Shown piece after piece: positions 1 to 10,437 of a DNA stretch of 64,000 bases. Below the pieces are notes generated by a model, which was not told where the DNA came from, did no database searches, and worked only from the letters and a program-made list of their open reading frames with translations. Each line of letters begins with the position of its first letter. The first letter of the stretch is position 1. The position numbers and the translations under genes were made by a program. Origin of the DNA: an uncultured delta proteobacterium (lineage in GTDB: Bacteria; Desulfobacterota; Syntrophia; Syntrophales; UBA5619); contig CAWFOM010000012.1 in NCBI GenBank assembly GCA_963817385.1, positions 32,001 to 96,000 on the forward strand, given 5' to 3'.

Positions 1-1
1 G

Positions 2-646
2 GTCCATGAGATCATCACGGAACCTCTGGAGGTATCCGGTACGCTGAGCAAGAAAGAGCTGGAAGACAAAGTCGGGGAAGTGTTGCAATTGGTGGGGTTG
101 GACACGGGACTCAGGAGGGTCTACCCTCACGAACTGAGCGGGGGCCAGAGGCAGCGGGTGGCCATTGCGCGGGCCATCTCCACGAAGTCGAAAATCATCA
201 TCCTGGACGAACCCACTTCATCGCTGGACGTCTCCGTCCGCCTGCAGATCGTGGGTCTCTTGATGGATCTGCAAAATACTCTGGAACTCAGTTACTTGCT
301 GATCGGGCACGACCTGGCAATGGTGGCCTATATGTCCACGGACATCGCCGTGATGTATTTAGGGAAGATTGTGGAATTCGCCGAAACCAAAGAACTCTTG
401 GAAAACACCATCCATCCATATACCCAGGCCCTTATGGCGGCGTCTCTCCCCAATCACCCTCGGGATAAACGGGAACGGACTGCAGTGTCGGGAGAAATCG
501 CCAGCCCGTTAAATGTGCCCCCGGGCTGCCGTTTTCATCCCCGATGTCCGGTGAAAAAAACCATTTGCGCGGAGCAGGAACCTCCTTTGGTTGCCGTAGG
601 GAAAAATCATTGGGTCGCCTGTCACATCGACTATACGGGACCATAA
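2..646 (+). CDS. Oligopeptide/dipeptide ABC transporter ATP-binding subunit (OppF/AppF-like), 5'-truncated by window edge
   Basis: YPHELSGGQRQR signature, ILDEPTSSLD Walker B, HPYT and C-terminal GCRFHPRC...C...ACH oligo-HPY domain; frame open from position 2. Confidence 0.93.
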   Translation, partial: VHEIITEPLEVSGTLSKKELEDKVGEVLQLVGLDTGLRRVYPHELSGGQRQRVAIARAISTKSKIIILDEPTSSLDVSVRLQIVGLLMDLQNTLELSYLLIGHDLAMVAYMSTDIAVMYLGKIVEFAETKELLENTIHPYTQALMAASLPNHPRDKRERTAVSGEIASPLNVPPGCRFHPRCPVKKTICAEQEPPLVAVGKNHWVACHIDYTGP

Positions 647-724
647 TATTTTCAGTTCAACTCAACGGTAACAGTGTACAGAGGTACACATATCTGCCGC
701 ACGGTTCGCCCTGCCCCTGATCCC

Positions 725-1744
725 TTACGGAGAGACGGTGCGATCGGCCAACCATTTTCCGGCTGCCGGGCTGCCCAGCCGGGCCGCCTTGCGCATGTCC
801 CCCCGGCACTGCCCTTTTTTGCCAACCCCTAAATACGCCATTGCACGCCAGTAGTAAACGGGCGGGAAAGAGGGGGCGATCGCCGCGGCGTTGGTGAAGT
901 CGACGATGGCACGTTTGTATCGCTTTTGCTTCAGACAGGCAAACCCGCGGTCATAGTAGGCCCAGGCGTAATTCGCATCCACCTTCAGGGTCTTGTGGAA
1001 ATCCTCGATTGCCGCGGCATATCGGCCCTGCCTGCTCCGGATCAGGCCGCGGTTGTAAGTGGCCCAGGCAAGGGCGGCATCGATCGTCAGCGCCCGATTG
1101 TACTCTTCGACGGCCTGGTCCAGCCGGCCCAAGGTCCGCAGAGCCGCTCCGAGATGATACATGGACCAGACATGTTTCGGGTCCAATGACAGAGCCTTCC
1201 GGAAATCGCCGGCAGCCCGTTCCGCCTGGCCTTTCAGGCGAAGGGCAATTCCCCGGTTATAGTAGGCCCAGGGCTCGTGTGGATCATCTGCGACGGTTTT
1301 GGTGTACTCCTCAATCTCCCGGTCCTCCCATTTCTCCGTGCCCCGTGCCGACTGTTCTCTATCCGGGGTGAGGGCTGTTGCCTTGCTGTAGTCCTCCGTT
1401 TCCCGGTCAAAATGGCCTTTCCGGCCGTAAGCCAGACCGCGCCGGTAATACGCCGCCGCATCACCTGGGTCCTCGATGATGGCGAGGGAGTACTCCTCGA
1501 TCGCCCGGTCATGCCTGCCTGCTTTGTCCAAGGCCAGGCCGCGGCCGTAATAGGCCTTTGCGCACCGAGGCGCGCCCGCAACAGCCTTGTCGAGCGACGC
1601 CAAGGCTTCATCATAGGCTCCCCGTTGGAGATCATCCATCCCCTTGGGCAGCCACTCCCCGGCTGTCAGACAAGGATCCGCAGCCATCCCTGTCGCAGCC
1701 CGGAGGAAAAGAAAGACCAGGAAACCCGAGAAATATATTTTCAT
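725..1744 (-). CDS. Secreted tetratricopeptide-repeat protein
   Basis: N-terminal signal peptide (MKIYFSGFLVFLFLRAATGMAA) and repeated AYYxRG...A..D+.KA+.LDP TPR units. Confidence 0.88.
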   Translation of the reverse strand: MKIYFSGFLVFLFLRAATGMAADPCLTAGEWLPKGMDDLQRGAYDEALASLDKAVAGAPRCAKAYYGRGLALDKAGRHDRAIEEYSLAIIEDPGDAAAYYRRGLAYGRKGHFDRETEDYSKATALTPDREQSARGTEKWEDREIEEYTKTVADDPHEPWAYYNRGIALRLKGQAERAAGDFRKALSLDPKHVWSMYHLGAALRTLGRLDQAVEEYNRALTIDAALAWATYNRGLIRSRQGRYAAAIEDFHKTLKVDANYAWAYYDRGFACLKQKRYKRAIVDFTNAAAIAPSFPPVYYWRAMAYLGVGKKGQCRGDMRKAARLGSPAAGKWLADRTVSP

Positions 1745-1999
1745 CTCCTTCCCTCCTTAGCTAACGCAGCATTAATCGGTATGCAGCTTTTTCGTCCGTT
1801 GGGTTGAGCGGGTTAGGACGGTCGATTTCTCTCCGACGGTGATGATGGATCTCCGCGTATCTTCACAAGAGAGGGAAGTTTTCCGGCGAATCCCTCATGG
1901 TCGTCCTTGATGATCATAGCACCGCCCATGCCCTCTAGGGAAACGATTTGATTGAGGCAGGCTCCAATTACGTAAGGCAATTCGCATGCGAATGTCTGC

Positions 2000-2028
2000 T
2001 TGACACACAAGGACGCTTCTCCTATTCT
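2000..2028 (+). promoter_or_regulatory. Sigma70-type promoter of the dehydrogenase-GRE operon
   Basis: TTGACA (2000-2005), 17 nt spacer, TATTCT (2023-2028), about 70 nt before the ATG at 2099. Confidence 0.6.
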
Positions 2029-2098
2029 TGAATATACAAGTAAACTCTTGCCGGATGGGCTTAATGAAAAGAGGTGTGCATTGACAGGAGGCAATCTG

Positions 2099-3121
2099 AT
2101 GAAGGCAGCACGCGTCCGTGAACTGGGGAAAATCGTGATCGAGGATGTGCCGATTCCTGAATTACATGAAAAAGATATTTTGATAGCCGTGCATCGGGCG
2201 GGTATTTGTGGAACGGATGCCGGCGTTGTGGACGGTCATGTGTCCGCGAAATACCCGGTCACCCTCGGGCATGAATTTTCAGGGACCATTGCCAAATTGG
2301 GGAATCCTTCGCTTACGACTTTCAAAGAAGGTGATTCGGTCATGTCCGGCGGCGGCTGGGGGTGCGGAGAGTGCGAGCTCTGTCATCAAGGCCTGGGGCT
2401 GTATTGCAGAAGCAGATTTTCCCTGGGCAGGAATGTGGATGGTTGTATGGCGGAGTTCGTCAAAGTGGACTACCGGGTGGTGCAAAAACTGCCGGAGAAT
2501 GTTTCTTTAGACGAGGCCCAAAATACGGTCAATATTGCCTGCGCCCTGCGGGCTGTCAAAAAAATCGATTTACGAAAGGTGAGGACGGCTGCCGTTTTTG
2601 GACCGGGTAACGCGGGTTTGATCATATTGCAGCTTCTGAAAATGGGGGGCGTGGATAAGGTTGTGATGGTGGGAACCAGGGACTTTCGGCTCGATACGGC
2701 AAAAAGATTTGGTGGTGACGCCGTGGTCAATGTAACAAGGGATGATCCGGTAGAAGCCATTTTGAAATGGTTTCCAAACGGCGTCGATGCGGTTTTCGAG
2801 TCCTCCGGCACGGCGAAGGCGCTGCAAAGCACTTTTTCCGTGGTCAAGTCCAACGGGGCGATTGTGGTATTCGGCATCATCTCGGAGAAGATAAAGAATT
2901 TTGATCCTTCTTTTCTTTACTTCAAAGAACCGGTCATCTATGGATCAAAAGGCGGGAGCGGGGCGTACAGTGAAGCCATTGCACTGCTGGAGGAGAAAAA
3001 GTTGAAGATACTGCCCATGATCACCCACCGGTTTCCGCTTGATGAAACAGCAAAGGCGTTTAAGGTTTTTACCGACAAAATCTCCGATGCCCTCAGAATC
3101 GTCATTGACGTGAGACCCTGA
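2099..3121 (+). CDS. Zinc-binding medium-chain dehydrogenase (MDR; threonine/sorbitol dehydrogenase-like)
   Basis: GICGTD, GHEFSG, structural Zn CGECELC...C, GPGNAG Rossmann motif; AGGAGG RBS before ATG 2099. Confidence 0.92.
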   Translation: MKAARVRELGKIVIEDVPIPELHEKDILIAVHRAGICGTDAGVVDGHVSAKYPVTLGHEFSGTIAKLGNPSLTTFKEGDSVMSGGGWGCGECELCHQGLGLYCRSRFSLGRNVDGCMAEFVKVDYRVVQKLPENVSLDEAQNTVNIACALRAVKKIDLRKVRTAAVFGPGNAGLIILQLLKMGGVDKVVMVGTRDFRLDTAKRFGGDAVVNVTRDDPVEAILKWFPNGVDAVFESSGTAKALQSTFSVVKSNGAIVVFGIISEKIKNFDPSFLYFKEPVIYGSKGGSGAYSEAIALLEEKKLKILPMITHRFPLDETAKAFKVFTDKISDALRIVIDVRP

Positions 3122-3136
3122 AAAAAGGAGGTCGGA

Positions 3137-5530
3137 ATGTCCGCCGAAAAGGTCATATCACTTGCCGGCAATTCTCCCGAGTCCCGGGGGAAAAGGTTAT
3201 GGGAGAGGGCGCTGGAAAATAGAAAGCATGCAAAGCTCTCTCTGGCGCGCGCCCTTTTGGTTATGGACAGCTATCGGGAAACGGAAGGCCTCCCATCCCC
3301 GATCAGACGCGCCAGGGCGCTCGAAAAAATTGTAAGCGGGATACCGATATTTATCGATTCGGACGAGTTACTGGTCGGTGCGTTCTCGGCAAAGCCGATG
3401 TATTTTGAGTGGTATCCGGAGTATGCCGTCGACCAGGAGATGTTGTCACAAAATATTGAAGGAATTCTCGCTGAAAATTACAGCCGGGAGGATGTCACAA
3501 GAATCATTCACTATTTCAAAGACAGCTGTTTGCAGAGCAGTTTTTTTTCGCTCCTTGATGACACCCGAAGACGAAAGATCAAAGAAACCTGCGAGGACGG
3601 CGCCTGGGTGTATCGAGCGAAAACAACGCTGGATATCGACCGGGGTTACCATTCGGTGGACTATAACAAGGCCATTCAAAAGGGTTTCCTGGGGGTTATT
3701 GCCGAGGTAGAAAATGAACTGCGGGAGTCAAGAATCCACGACGACGATTCCTATCGGAAAGTCAATTATCTCAAAGGACTTGCAATTGTCCTGAGGGCGG
3801 GAATCCATTACGCCGACCGATACGCCTCTCTCGCCCGGGAGTTGGCAGGCAGGAATTCCGGCAGCAGGAAGTCGGAGCTGGAAACGATTGCGGACGTTTG
3901 CGATCGGGTTCCGGCCAATCCGGCCCGCAGCTTCCATGAAGCCGTCCAGACCTCCTTGTTTCTCCATGTTTTGATACACTTGGAATCAAGGGCGCAGGAA
4001 TCTCCCGGAAGAATGGACCAGTTTTTATTTCCCACCTACCAAAAAGATATCCGGGAGGGCAGGCTCACACCGGAGGCGGCCCTGGAGATTTTGGAGTGCT
4101 TTCGGGTCAAGATGAGCACGCTAAGGCTTTTAAGCAGCATCAAGTACAATGAAATTGTTTCCGGGGAAGCCCAATACCACAATGTGACGCTGGGCGGCCA
4201 AACCCCCGACGGCCGGGATGCCACCAATGAGCTTTCCTATCTTTTCTTGAAGGCGGCGGAGAGGACCCGAACGCCCCATCCGACCCTTTCCATCCGCTGT
4301 CACGATAAAATGCCGAAAGATTTTGCGATAAAAGGCCTGGAGCTGGTCAGGGAGGGGCTGGGGTTTCCCGCTTTTTTTAATGACAAGAGCAATATTCAAT
4401 GGTTATTATCGATCGGCGTCCCATTAGAGGAGGCGAGAAGCCACTGCATCAGCGGCTGTCTTCATAGCATAGTCCCCGGCCGGACATCGCCTTTCGATGT
4501 GTTGTTTATCAGCATCGCAAAATGTTTGGAGCTGGCGCTCCACAACGGTTTCGACCCGAGAACCGCAAGGCAGCTTGGGCCGAAGACAGGCGAATTCAGC
4601 CGAATGCATTCCTATGACGACCTGATTCGCAGTTTCAAGACGCAAGTGGAGACCTTCTCCAAAGAGGGAGGAGCGATCATCAGCGAACAGAAGATTGCCC
4701 GCTCGCAGGCCATCCCGGCCATGATATCTTCCGCCTTCATCGAGGACTGCATCAAAACAGGGAAAGGCTGTCTGGCTGACGGCGCAAGGTACAACATCAT
4801 CATCCAGGCCCCCGTCGGCATGATTGATGCCGCCGATTCACTGGCGGCGATCAGAAAATGCGTTTTTGAAGACGGCGCCGTCGGCAAGCAGGAACTCCTG
4901 GACGCGCTGGCCTTGAACTTCAAGGACAAGGAATCGTTGCGCAAACTGCTGATCAAGGCGCCCAAGTATGGCAACGATGATGACTTTGCGGACGGCATCG
5001 CCGCCGAATTATACGGTTGGTGGTGGAAGATGGTTTCTGAAATCGACGGGCCTTATGGCGTCAAGCAGTTGCCTGCGCCTTACTCTATTTCGGTTCACGG
5101 AGCAGCCGGGAAGCGCGTCGGTGCGCTTCCCAGCGGTCGATTTGCGGGGCAGCCCCTGGCGGACGGTTCCGTATCTCCCTGCCAGGGAGCCGATGTGAAC
5201 GGACCCACCGCGGTGATCAATTCCGCCGGGAAGATCGATCAGGTTCCGTTGTTCGGGACTCTTCTGAATATGAAATTTCACCCTTCCGCGATGAAGACCG
5301 ATGAGGACCTGAAAAAAATATACATACTGATCAAGACATACTTTGACTATGGCGGGAAACACGCCCAATTCAATGTCGTCGACAGCAAGACCCTCAAAGA
5401 AGCGCAGAAGCAGCCTGAGCGCTACCGAAACCTCATGGTGAGGGTGGCAGGTTACAGCGCGTATTTTACGGAACTCAGCTCCAATGTCCAGGATGAAATC
5501 ATCATGCGAACGGAGTTTACCTCCGGCTGA
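3137..5530 (+). CDS. Glycyl radical enzyme (PFL-like superfamily) of unassigned reaction
   Basis: 797 aa; C-terminal LMVRVAGYSAYF glycyl-radical loop, APKYGNDD, NVTLGG..DGRDATNELSY, Cys loop SGCLHS. Confidence 0.95.
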   Translation: MSAEKVISLAGNSPESRGKRLWERALENRKHAKLSLARALLVMDSYRETEGLPSPIRRARALEKIVSGIPIFIDSDELLVGAFSAKPMYFEWYPEYAVDQEMLSQNIEGILAENYSREDVTRIIHYFKDSCLQSSFFSLLDDTRRRKIKETCEDGAWVYRAKTTLDIDRGYHSVDYNKAIQKGFLGVIAEVENELRESRIHDDDSYRKVNYLKGLAIVLRAGIHYADRYASLARELAGRNSGSRKSELETIADVCDRVPANPARSFHEAVQTSLFLHVLIHLESRAQESPGRMDQFLFPTYQKDIREGRLTPEAALEILECFRVKMSTLRLLSSIKYNEIVSGEAQYHNVTLGGQTPDGRDATNELSYLFLKAAERTRTPHPTLSIRCHDKMPKDFAIKGLELVREGLGFPAFFNDKSNIQWLLSIGVPLEEARSHCISGCLHSIVPGRTSPFDVLFISIAKCLELALHNGFDPRTARQLGPKTGEFSRMHSYDDLIRSFKTQVETFSKEGGAIISEQKIARSQAIPAMISSAFIEDCIKTGKGCLADGARYNIIIQAPVGMIDAADSLAAIRKCVFEDGAVGKQELLDALALNFKDKESLRKLLIKAPKYGNDDDFADGIAAELYGWWWKMVSEIDGPYGVKQLPAPYSISVHGAAGKRVGALPSGRFAGQPLADGSVSPCQGADVNGPTAVINSAGKIDQVPLFGTLLNMKFHPSAMKTDEDLKKIYILIKTYFDYGGKHAQFNVVDSKTLKEAQKQPERYRNLMVRVAGYSAYFTELSSNVQDEIIMRTEFTSG

Positions 5531-5569
5531 CGATCGATCATCCTGAAGGGGAATGATGCGGCGAGACAC

Positions 5570-6457
5570 ATGAACAGCGGCATGGTTTTTAACATTCAGC
5601 GATTCTCCATTCATGACGGGCCCGGCATCCGGACGACCGTATTTTTGAAGGGGTGTCCCCTTCGCTGTTTCTGGTGTCAGAATCCGGAATCGCAATCGGG
5701 TAAACCGGAAATCGTATTGGACAGGAGAAAGTGCACCTTGTGCGGTGCCTGTTATACCGTCTGTCAAAATGGCGCCGTCCGTCTTGAAGGAAGCGGACCG
5801 ATTTTCGACAGAAGCGTCTGCAGAGGGTGCGGGCGATGCGCGGTCATCTGCCCGAGTGAAGCCCGGCGCCTTTCCGGAAAACGCATGACGGTGGAAGAGA
5901 TCATGCGCGAAATTGTCAAGGATCTGAAGTTCTATGAAAACTCAGGCGGCGGCGTCACCTTGTCCGGTGGTGAACCTCTTACCCAGCCGGAGTTTGCGCG
6001 ACTGATCTTCAAGGAATGCAAGCAGGCGGAATTGCACACTACCCTCGACACTTGCGGTTACGCCCCCTGGCCGGACATTGAGGAATTGCTGGGGTATGTG
6101 GACCTCGTTCTTTTTGATATCAAACATCTCGACGCTTCGAAGCATCGGGAGGCGACCGGGCAGGATAATCTGTTGATTCTTAAGAATGCGAGAAAGATAT
6201 CGAAACTCAAACCGATGCGTATCAGAGTCCCCCTGATTCCGGGATTCAATGATTCCTCCGAGGCAGTAAGCGAAATTGCCGCTTTTGCAGAAAGTGAACT
6301 GGGGTGTCGGGATCTCGACTTGCTTCCTTACAATAGAATGGGTGAAGTCAAATACGATTTTCTGGATAAATCGTGCGTACCGTTGCCGTCGCAAAGCGAC
6401 GACCATCTGCGGACCTTCGAATCGATGATCCGGAACCAAACCGCCCCACCTAAATAG
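5570..6457 (+). CDS. Glycyl-radical enzyme activating enzyme (radical SAM with ferredoxin insert)
   Basis: FSIHDGPGIRTTVFLKGCPLRCFWCQNPE (CX3CX2C), two CX2CX2CX3C motifs, GGVTLSGGEP; directly downstream of the GRE. Confidence 0.96.
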   Translation: MNSGMVFNIQRFSIHDGPGIRTTVFLKGCPLRCFWCQNPESQSGKPEIVLDRRKCTLCGACYTVCQNGAVRLEGSGPIFDRSVCRGCGRCAVICPSEARRLSGKRMTVEEIMREIVKDLKFYENSGGGVTLSGGEPLTQPEFARLIFKECKQAELHTTLDTCGYAPWPDIEELLGYVDLVLFDIKHLDASKHREATGQDNLLILKNARKISKLKPMRIRVPLIPGFNDSSEAVSEIAAFAESELGCRDLDLLPYNRMGEVKYDFLDKSCVPLPSQSDDHLRTFESMIRNQTAPPK

Positions 6458-6732
6458 CAGGTCCTGCCGTTTACAAACCCACCGCACCTCTCGCTTTTTA
6501 CAAATTTCCTCTCATTGGCTCATAACAGCGGTAGGGAAGGAACAGGATCTCTCCACTTCGAGAATTTCACGCCGCTATGATTTTGAATGATTGTCGTATC
6601 AGCTCATGAAAAATTTATATGCACGTACTGGACCGGTTTTTCTCAGGGACGTAATATTGGTTGTTTTTTCCCTACAGGGTTTGCTAAAATTCATGTCCAT
6701 TTCTATAAAAAAATCACGAGAGGTGTGATTTT

Positions 6733-7857
6733 ATGAAAAAGCTGTTTGCCTTTCTCACGGGGCTGGCGATCATATCAGTTTTGACTGAATGCACACCCAA
6801 GACGTTGACCGTAGCCACTCAAGAAGTACCACAAGCCGCTACTCAATCCCCGGGAAAACGCCTCTACTGGCCAACCAAGGAATGGCAGGTCACAATCCCT
6901 GAAAAACAGGATATGGACGTCAGCGTCCTAAACCGGATCACCAGTTACGTCCAGGATTCCGGACTTGATGTGGACTCCATCATAGTCGTACGGCACGGCT
7001 ATATCGTCTATGAGAAATACTTCCGTCCGCCCTGGGACAAAGATAAAGTCCACGACATCCATTCCTGCACCAAGAGTGTGCTGGGTTCACTGGTAGGGAT
7101 TGCGATACAACAGGGTAAAATTAAAAGCCTTGATGATAAGATGGTGGACTATTTCCCGAACCGCACCATCCGGAATCTGGACGAGAGGAAAAGAAGCATT
7201 ACCCTGCTCAACCTGATGACCATGAAGGGGGGCTTTGATTGGGCGGAGCGGACCTATCCCTATTCCGACCCCCGCAACCCCATGATTCAGGCGCTTCGCA
7301 GCAACGACACCATTCAATTCGTTTTGGATAAGCCGATGGCCACCCAACCCGGGACAGTCTGGTCATACAACGGAGGGTATTCTCAGATTTTCTCCGCCAT
7401 TATCACGGATAAGACTGGTATGAATACGTTGGAATTCGCTAAGAAGTACCTGTTCAATCCATTGGGAATTACAAAATATATTTGGCGCAGAGACCGGCAG
7501 GGTATCTATAATGGGGGTAGCGGCTTATCGTTGACCCCGCGGGACATGGCCAAATATGGGTATCTCATACTGAACAAAGGTGTTTGGGAAGGGAAGCAGG
7601 TCATCCCCGCCGACTTCGTTGCTGAATCGGTCAAGACCCAGACAATCTTCAATGCGAATTTCGGCTACGGCTATGAAAGCTGGTGGACGATTCCGCAGGA
7701 TGGTTATTATTACGCCGCCGGGATACGGGGCCAGAAAATCTGCGTCATGGAAAAGCAGGACATGGTGGTCGTGACTACGGCCGATCTTCCGGAAGACAGC
7801 CAGACAGAAACCAAAATGCGTAAGATAGCCACGTTTGCCATATCTGCCTGCAAGTAG
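6733..7857 (+). CDS. Exported serine hydrolase, beta-lactamase class C / 6-aminohexanoate-dimer hydrolase-like family
   Basis: Signal peptide, SxxK (HSCTKS), LMTMKGG, PGTVWSYN, LTPRDMAKYG, AAGIRGQ. Confidence 0.88.
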   Translation: MKKLFAFLTGLAIISVLTECTPKTLTVATQEVPQAATQSPGKRLYWPTKEWQVTIPEKQDMDVSVLNRITSYVQDSGLDVDSIIVVRHGYIVYEKYFRPPWDKDKVHDIHSCTKSVLGSLVGIAIQQGKIKSLDDKMVDYFPNRTIRNLDERKRSITLLNLMTMKGGFDWAERTYPYSDPRNPMIQALRSNDTIQFVLDKPMATQPGTVWSYNGGYSQIFSAIITDKTGMNTLEFAKKYLFNPLGITKYIWRRDRQGIYNGGSGLSLTPRDMAKYGYLILNKGVWEGKQVIPADFVAESVKTQTIFNANFGYGYESWWTIPQDGYYYAAGIRGQKICVMEKQDMVVVTTADLPEDSQTETKMRKIATFAISACK

Positions 7858-7886
7858 CAGAACACGGATTAGAGGAAGGGATACCG

Positions 7887-8486
7887 ATGGCTGACAAAAA
7901 ATCTGAAGAGATGAAAATCACCAGACGTGAATTCGTTGCCGGTGCGGGCACGATTCTCGCTTTTGGCGCGGTATCGAACTTGGCAGCCTGCGCACCGACC
8001 GCCACAAAAACGGTAACTCAACCGGGCCTGGAAGGTGTTCCCATATCCGGAATGATCGCCCACGACTCCAACCTATGCGCCGGTTGCGGGGTTTGCGGAC
8101 TGATGTGCGCCTTCACCCATGAAAAAGAATACGGCCATTCACTGGCACGTAATGAACTGGTGCGCGACCCATTTAATGCCGCTTATATCTTCCATGTCTG
8201 CCAGCAGTGTACATCGCCTAATTGCTATTTCGCCTGCCCAAAGAAAGATGTGGCCTTGTGTGTGGATAAAAAGACCGGGGTGAAGTATGTGAATACCGCT
8301 GAATGCCTGGGCTGCGGTAGCTGCTCCAGTGCCTGTCCGTTCACTCCGCCCCGCGCCAATGTGCAGCCGGTGAAGAAGGTCTCCTTTAAATGCGACCTGT
8401 GCCGCAACCGGGGAAATGGACCTATCTGTGTCGAATACTGCACGATGCACGCCCTGAGGAAGATATCCGGAAAGGAGAGGGGGTAG
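7887..8486 (+). CDS. Tat-exported 4Fe-4S dicluster protein (DmsB/YdhX-like), possible lipoprotein
   Basis: TRREF twin-arginine motif, LAAC lipobox, CAGCGVCGLMC, CQQC..P.C...CP, CLGCGSCSSACP, KCDLC...CVEYC. Confidence 0.9.
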   Translation: MADKKSEEMKITRREFVAGAGTILAFGAVSNLAACAPTATKTVTQPGLEGVPISGMIAHDSNLCAGCGVCGLMCAFTHEKEYGHSLARNELVRDPFNAAYIFHVCQQCTSPNCYFACPKKDVALCVDKKTGVKYVNTAECLGCGSCSSACPFTPPRANVQPVKKVSFKCDLCRNRGNGPICVEYCTMHALRKISGKERG

Positions 8487-8488
8487 GC

Positions 8489-10370
8489 ATGGACCAATAC
8501 GGCTGGACCGGTAAAATACTCTGGGTTGACCTGACCACAAAGAAAATCAGCACCGTCCCCACCTCCGATTTTGAACCGGAGAAGTACCTCGGCGGGGTCG
8601 GCTTGAACACCAAGATATTCTGGGAAATGGGATGCCCCACAGTTGACGCTTTTGATCCCAATAACCCCCTCCTTATTTCTGTGGGACCGTTGACCGGGAT
8701 GGCGGGACCTTTCAACCGGGCGGAAGTCTGCGGCATAGCTCCCCAGTCCTATCCGCAGGAAACATTCACCTATTCCGGGGTCGGGGGAAAAATTGCATCT
8801 GAAATCAAATATGCCGGATATGACGGACTGGTGATCGTCGGCAAGTCCGACCAACCGGTTTATCTCTCTATTATTGATGATACCGTGAAGCTTGCGGATG
8901 CCAAATTCCTTTGGGGTTTAGATACGTTTGAAACGCAAAAAGCCATGATGGCTAATTATTCTCATGCTGCCGTCCTCACCATTGGACCGGCCGGAGAGAA
9001 TTTGTGCCGTGTGGCGATTATCCTTAACGAGACCGCCAGCGCCGCCGGACAGGGTGGATATGGTGCAGTCATGGGCTCCAAAAACCTCAAGGCTATTGTT
9101 GTCAAAGGCACCGGTACGCTGAAGGTAGCCAGACCGGATGTGTTGATGAAACTCCAGCAAGAACGGATGGACGCCAAGGAATGGCTGACGGGCGGGGCCC
9201 AGTCCTGGGGCAGGTATCCCTTATGCGGAGGCGCCATAGCTAAAGACATGCGGGCCAACCGTCTCAAGCGTATGGCGGGATGCCACGGGTGCACCTACCA
9301 GTGCATGGGCTTTTATGATATCCCGGGCATCGGCAAAGGCGCCCAGATGTGCATGGAAGCCTGGTACGGCTGGCACAGCGGCGGCAGTTCCGAAGGGTAC
9401 TGGGAAGGCAATATCCTGTCGCAGAAACTGGGCATCAATAACTACGAACTGATGGGGCTTATGGCCTGGCTGCGTGCCGTGCAGTCCGGCATCGTGGACA
9501 AAAAAAAGCTGGGGTTGACTTCCATCCCCATGATCGATCATGCCGGCAAACCCCAACTTGGCGGGCAAAAAATCCACCATCAATTCCTGACCGAACTGCT
9601 CAACGGCATGGCCAGCGGAAAGAGCATTCTTTCCAAAGGCACGGCCCGGGCAGCCGAAAGTCTGGGTCCTGCCGCCCGGAAGGCCTTTAACGAAATATTC
9701 CCGGCCCGGGGATATATGCGACACCACATTGAAAACGTTGGGTCGGCATTGCACTGGGCCATGGATACCCGCGACCCCTATAATTCGTGTCATGACTATT
9801 TCGAAGGCTTTGGGCCCAATGCAAAAATTGCCGCTTACTTCGGCTTGCCCGGCGGCGATATGGCCGGCCGTAAGGGCATGAAGATGGTCTATGACCGAAC
9901 GGAATACCAGACCGCCTGGGTGCAGAACCATCAGAGCATCAGGAACTCTCTGCCGATCTGCGAATATGCAAGCATGCCGTTCAGGTTCTTTCATCCGCCG
10001 GCTATGGACATCCGCATTTTTGAATCCAGCATGCTTTCCGCGGTCACCGGTATTGATTATTCCGTGGGCAAATTGTGGGAAGTCGGTGACCGGATATATA
10101 CCTTGCTGCGCGCCGTATCGGTAATGCGGGAGAACCGAACCCGGGCGCAGGACGACCTGAGCCAGGTCTGGTTCGAGAGGCGAGTTGGTGGTGAGACTGA
10201 GTCTCTGGCGGCGCCTCTGGATAGGGCTCAATGGGAGGCATTGAAAGACAGGTTTTACAGCAGTTCGCGGTTGGAATCCCACTAACGGCAGACCCACCAG
10301 AGCCAAGCTTGAACAACTGGGTATGAAGAGCGTGGCGGATAAATTGCGAAGTGCGGGCAGGCTGGGTTGA
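8489..10370 (+). CDS. Aldehyde:ferredoxin oxidoreductase (W/Mo AOR family); frameshift near 10259
   Basis: YGWTGKILWVDLT, YLGGVG, IKYAGYDGL, IGPAGEN, GAVMGSKNLKAI, GCHGC...C; the normal C-terminus (VRGWNPTNGRPTRAKLEQLGM) continues in another frame to TGA 10370. Confidence 0.9.
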
Positions 10371-10437
10371 AATTATTTACGAGACTGCCAGACAAAAGTC
10401 GGGCTGAACTGCGATTGGCGCGCAATGTGGCGTTCCG

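Noticed and set aside
1813..1975. Possible decayed Y1/RAYT transposase N-terminus (LNQIVSLEGMGGAMIIKDDHEGF) on the minus strand
   Set aside because: Resemblance too weak to support without a search
3137..5530. Calling the GRE pyruvate formate-lyase, benzylsuccinate synthase, CutC or HpdB
   Set aside because: The Cys loop (GCLH) and gene context match none of these, so no gene symbol was assigned
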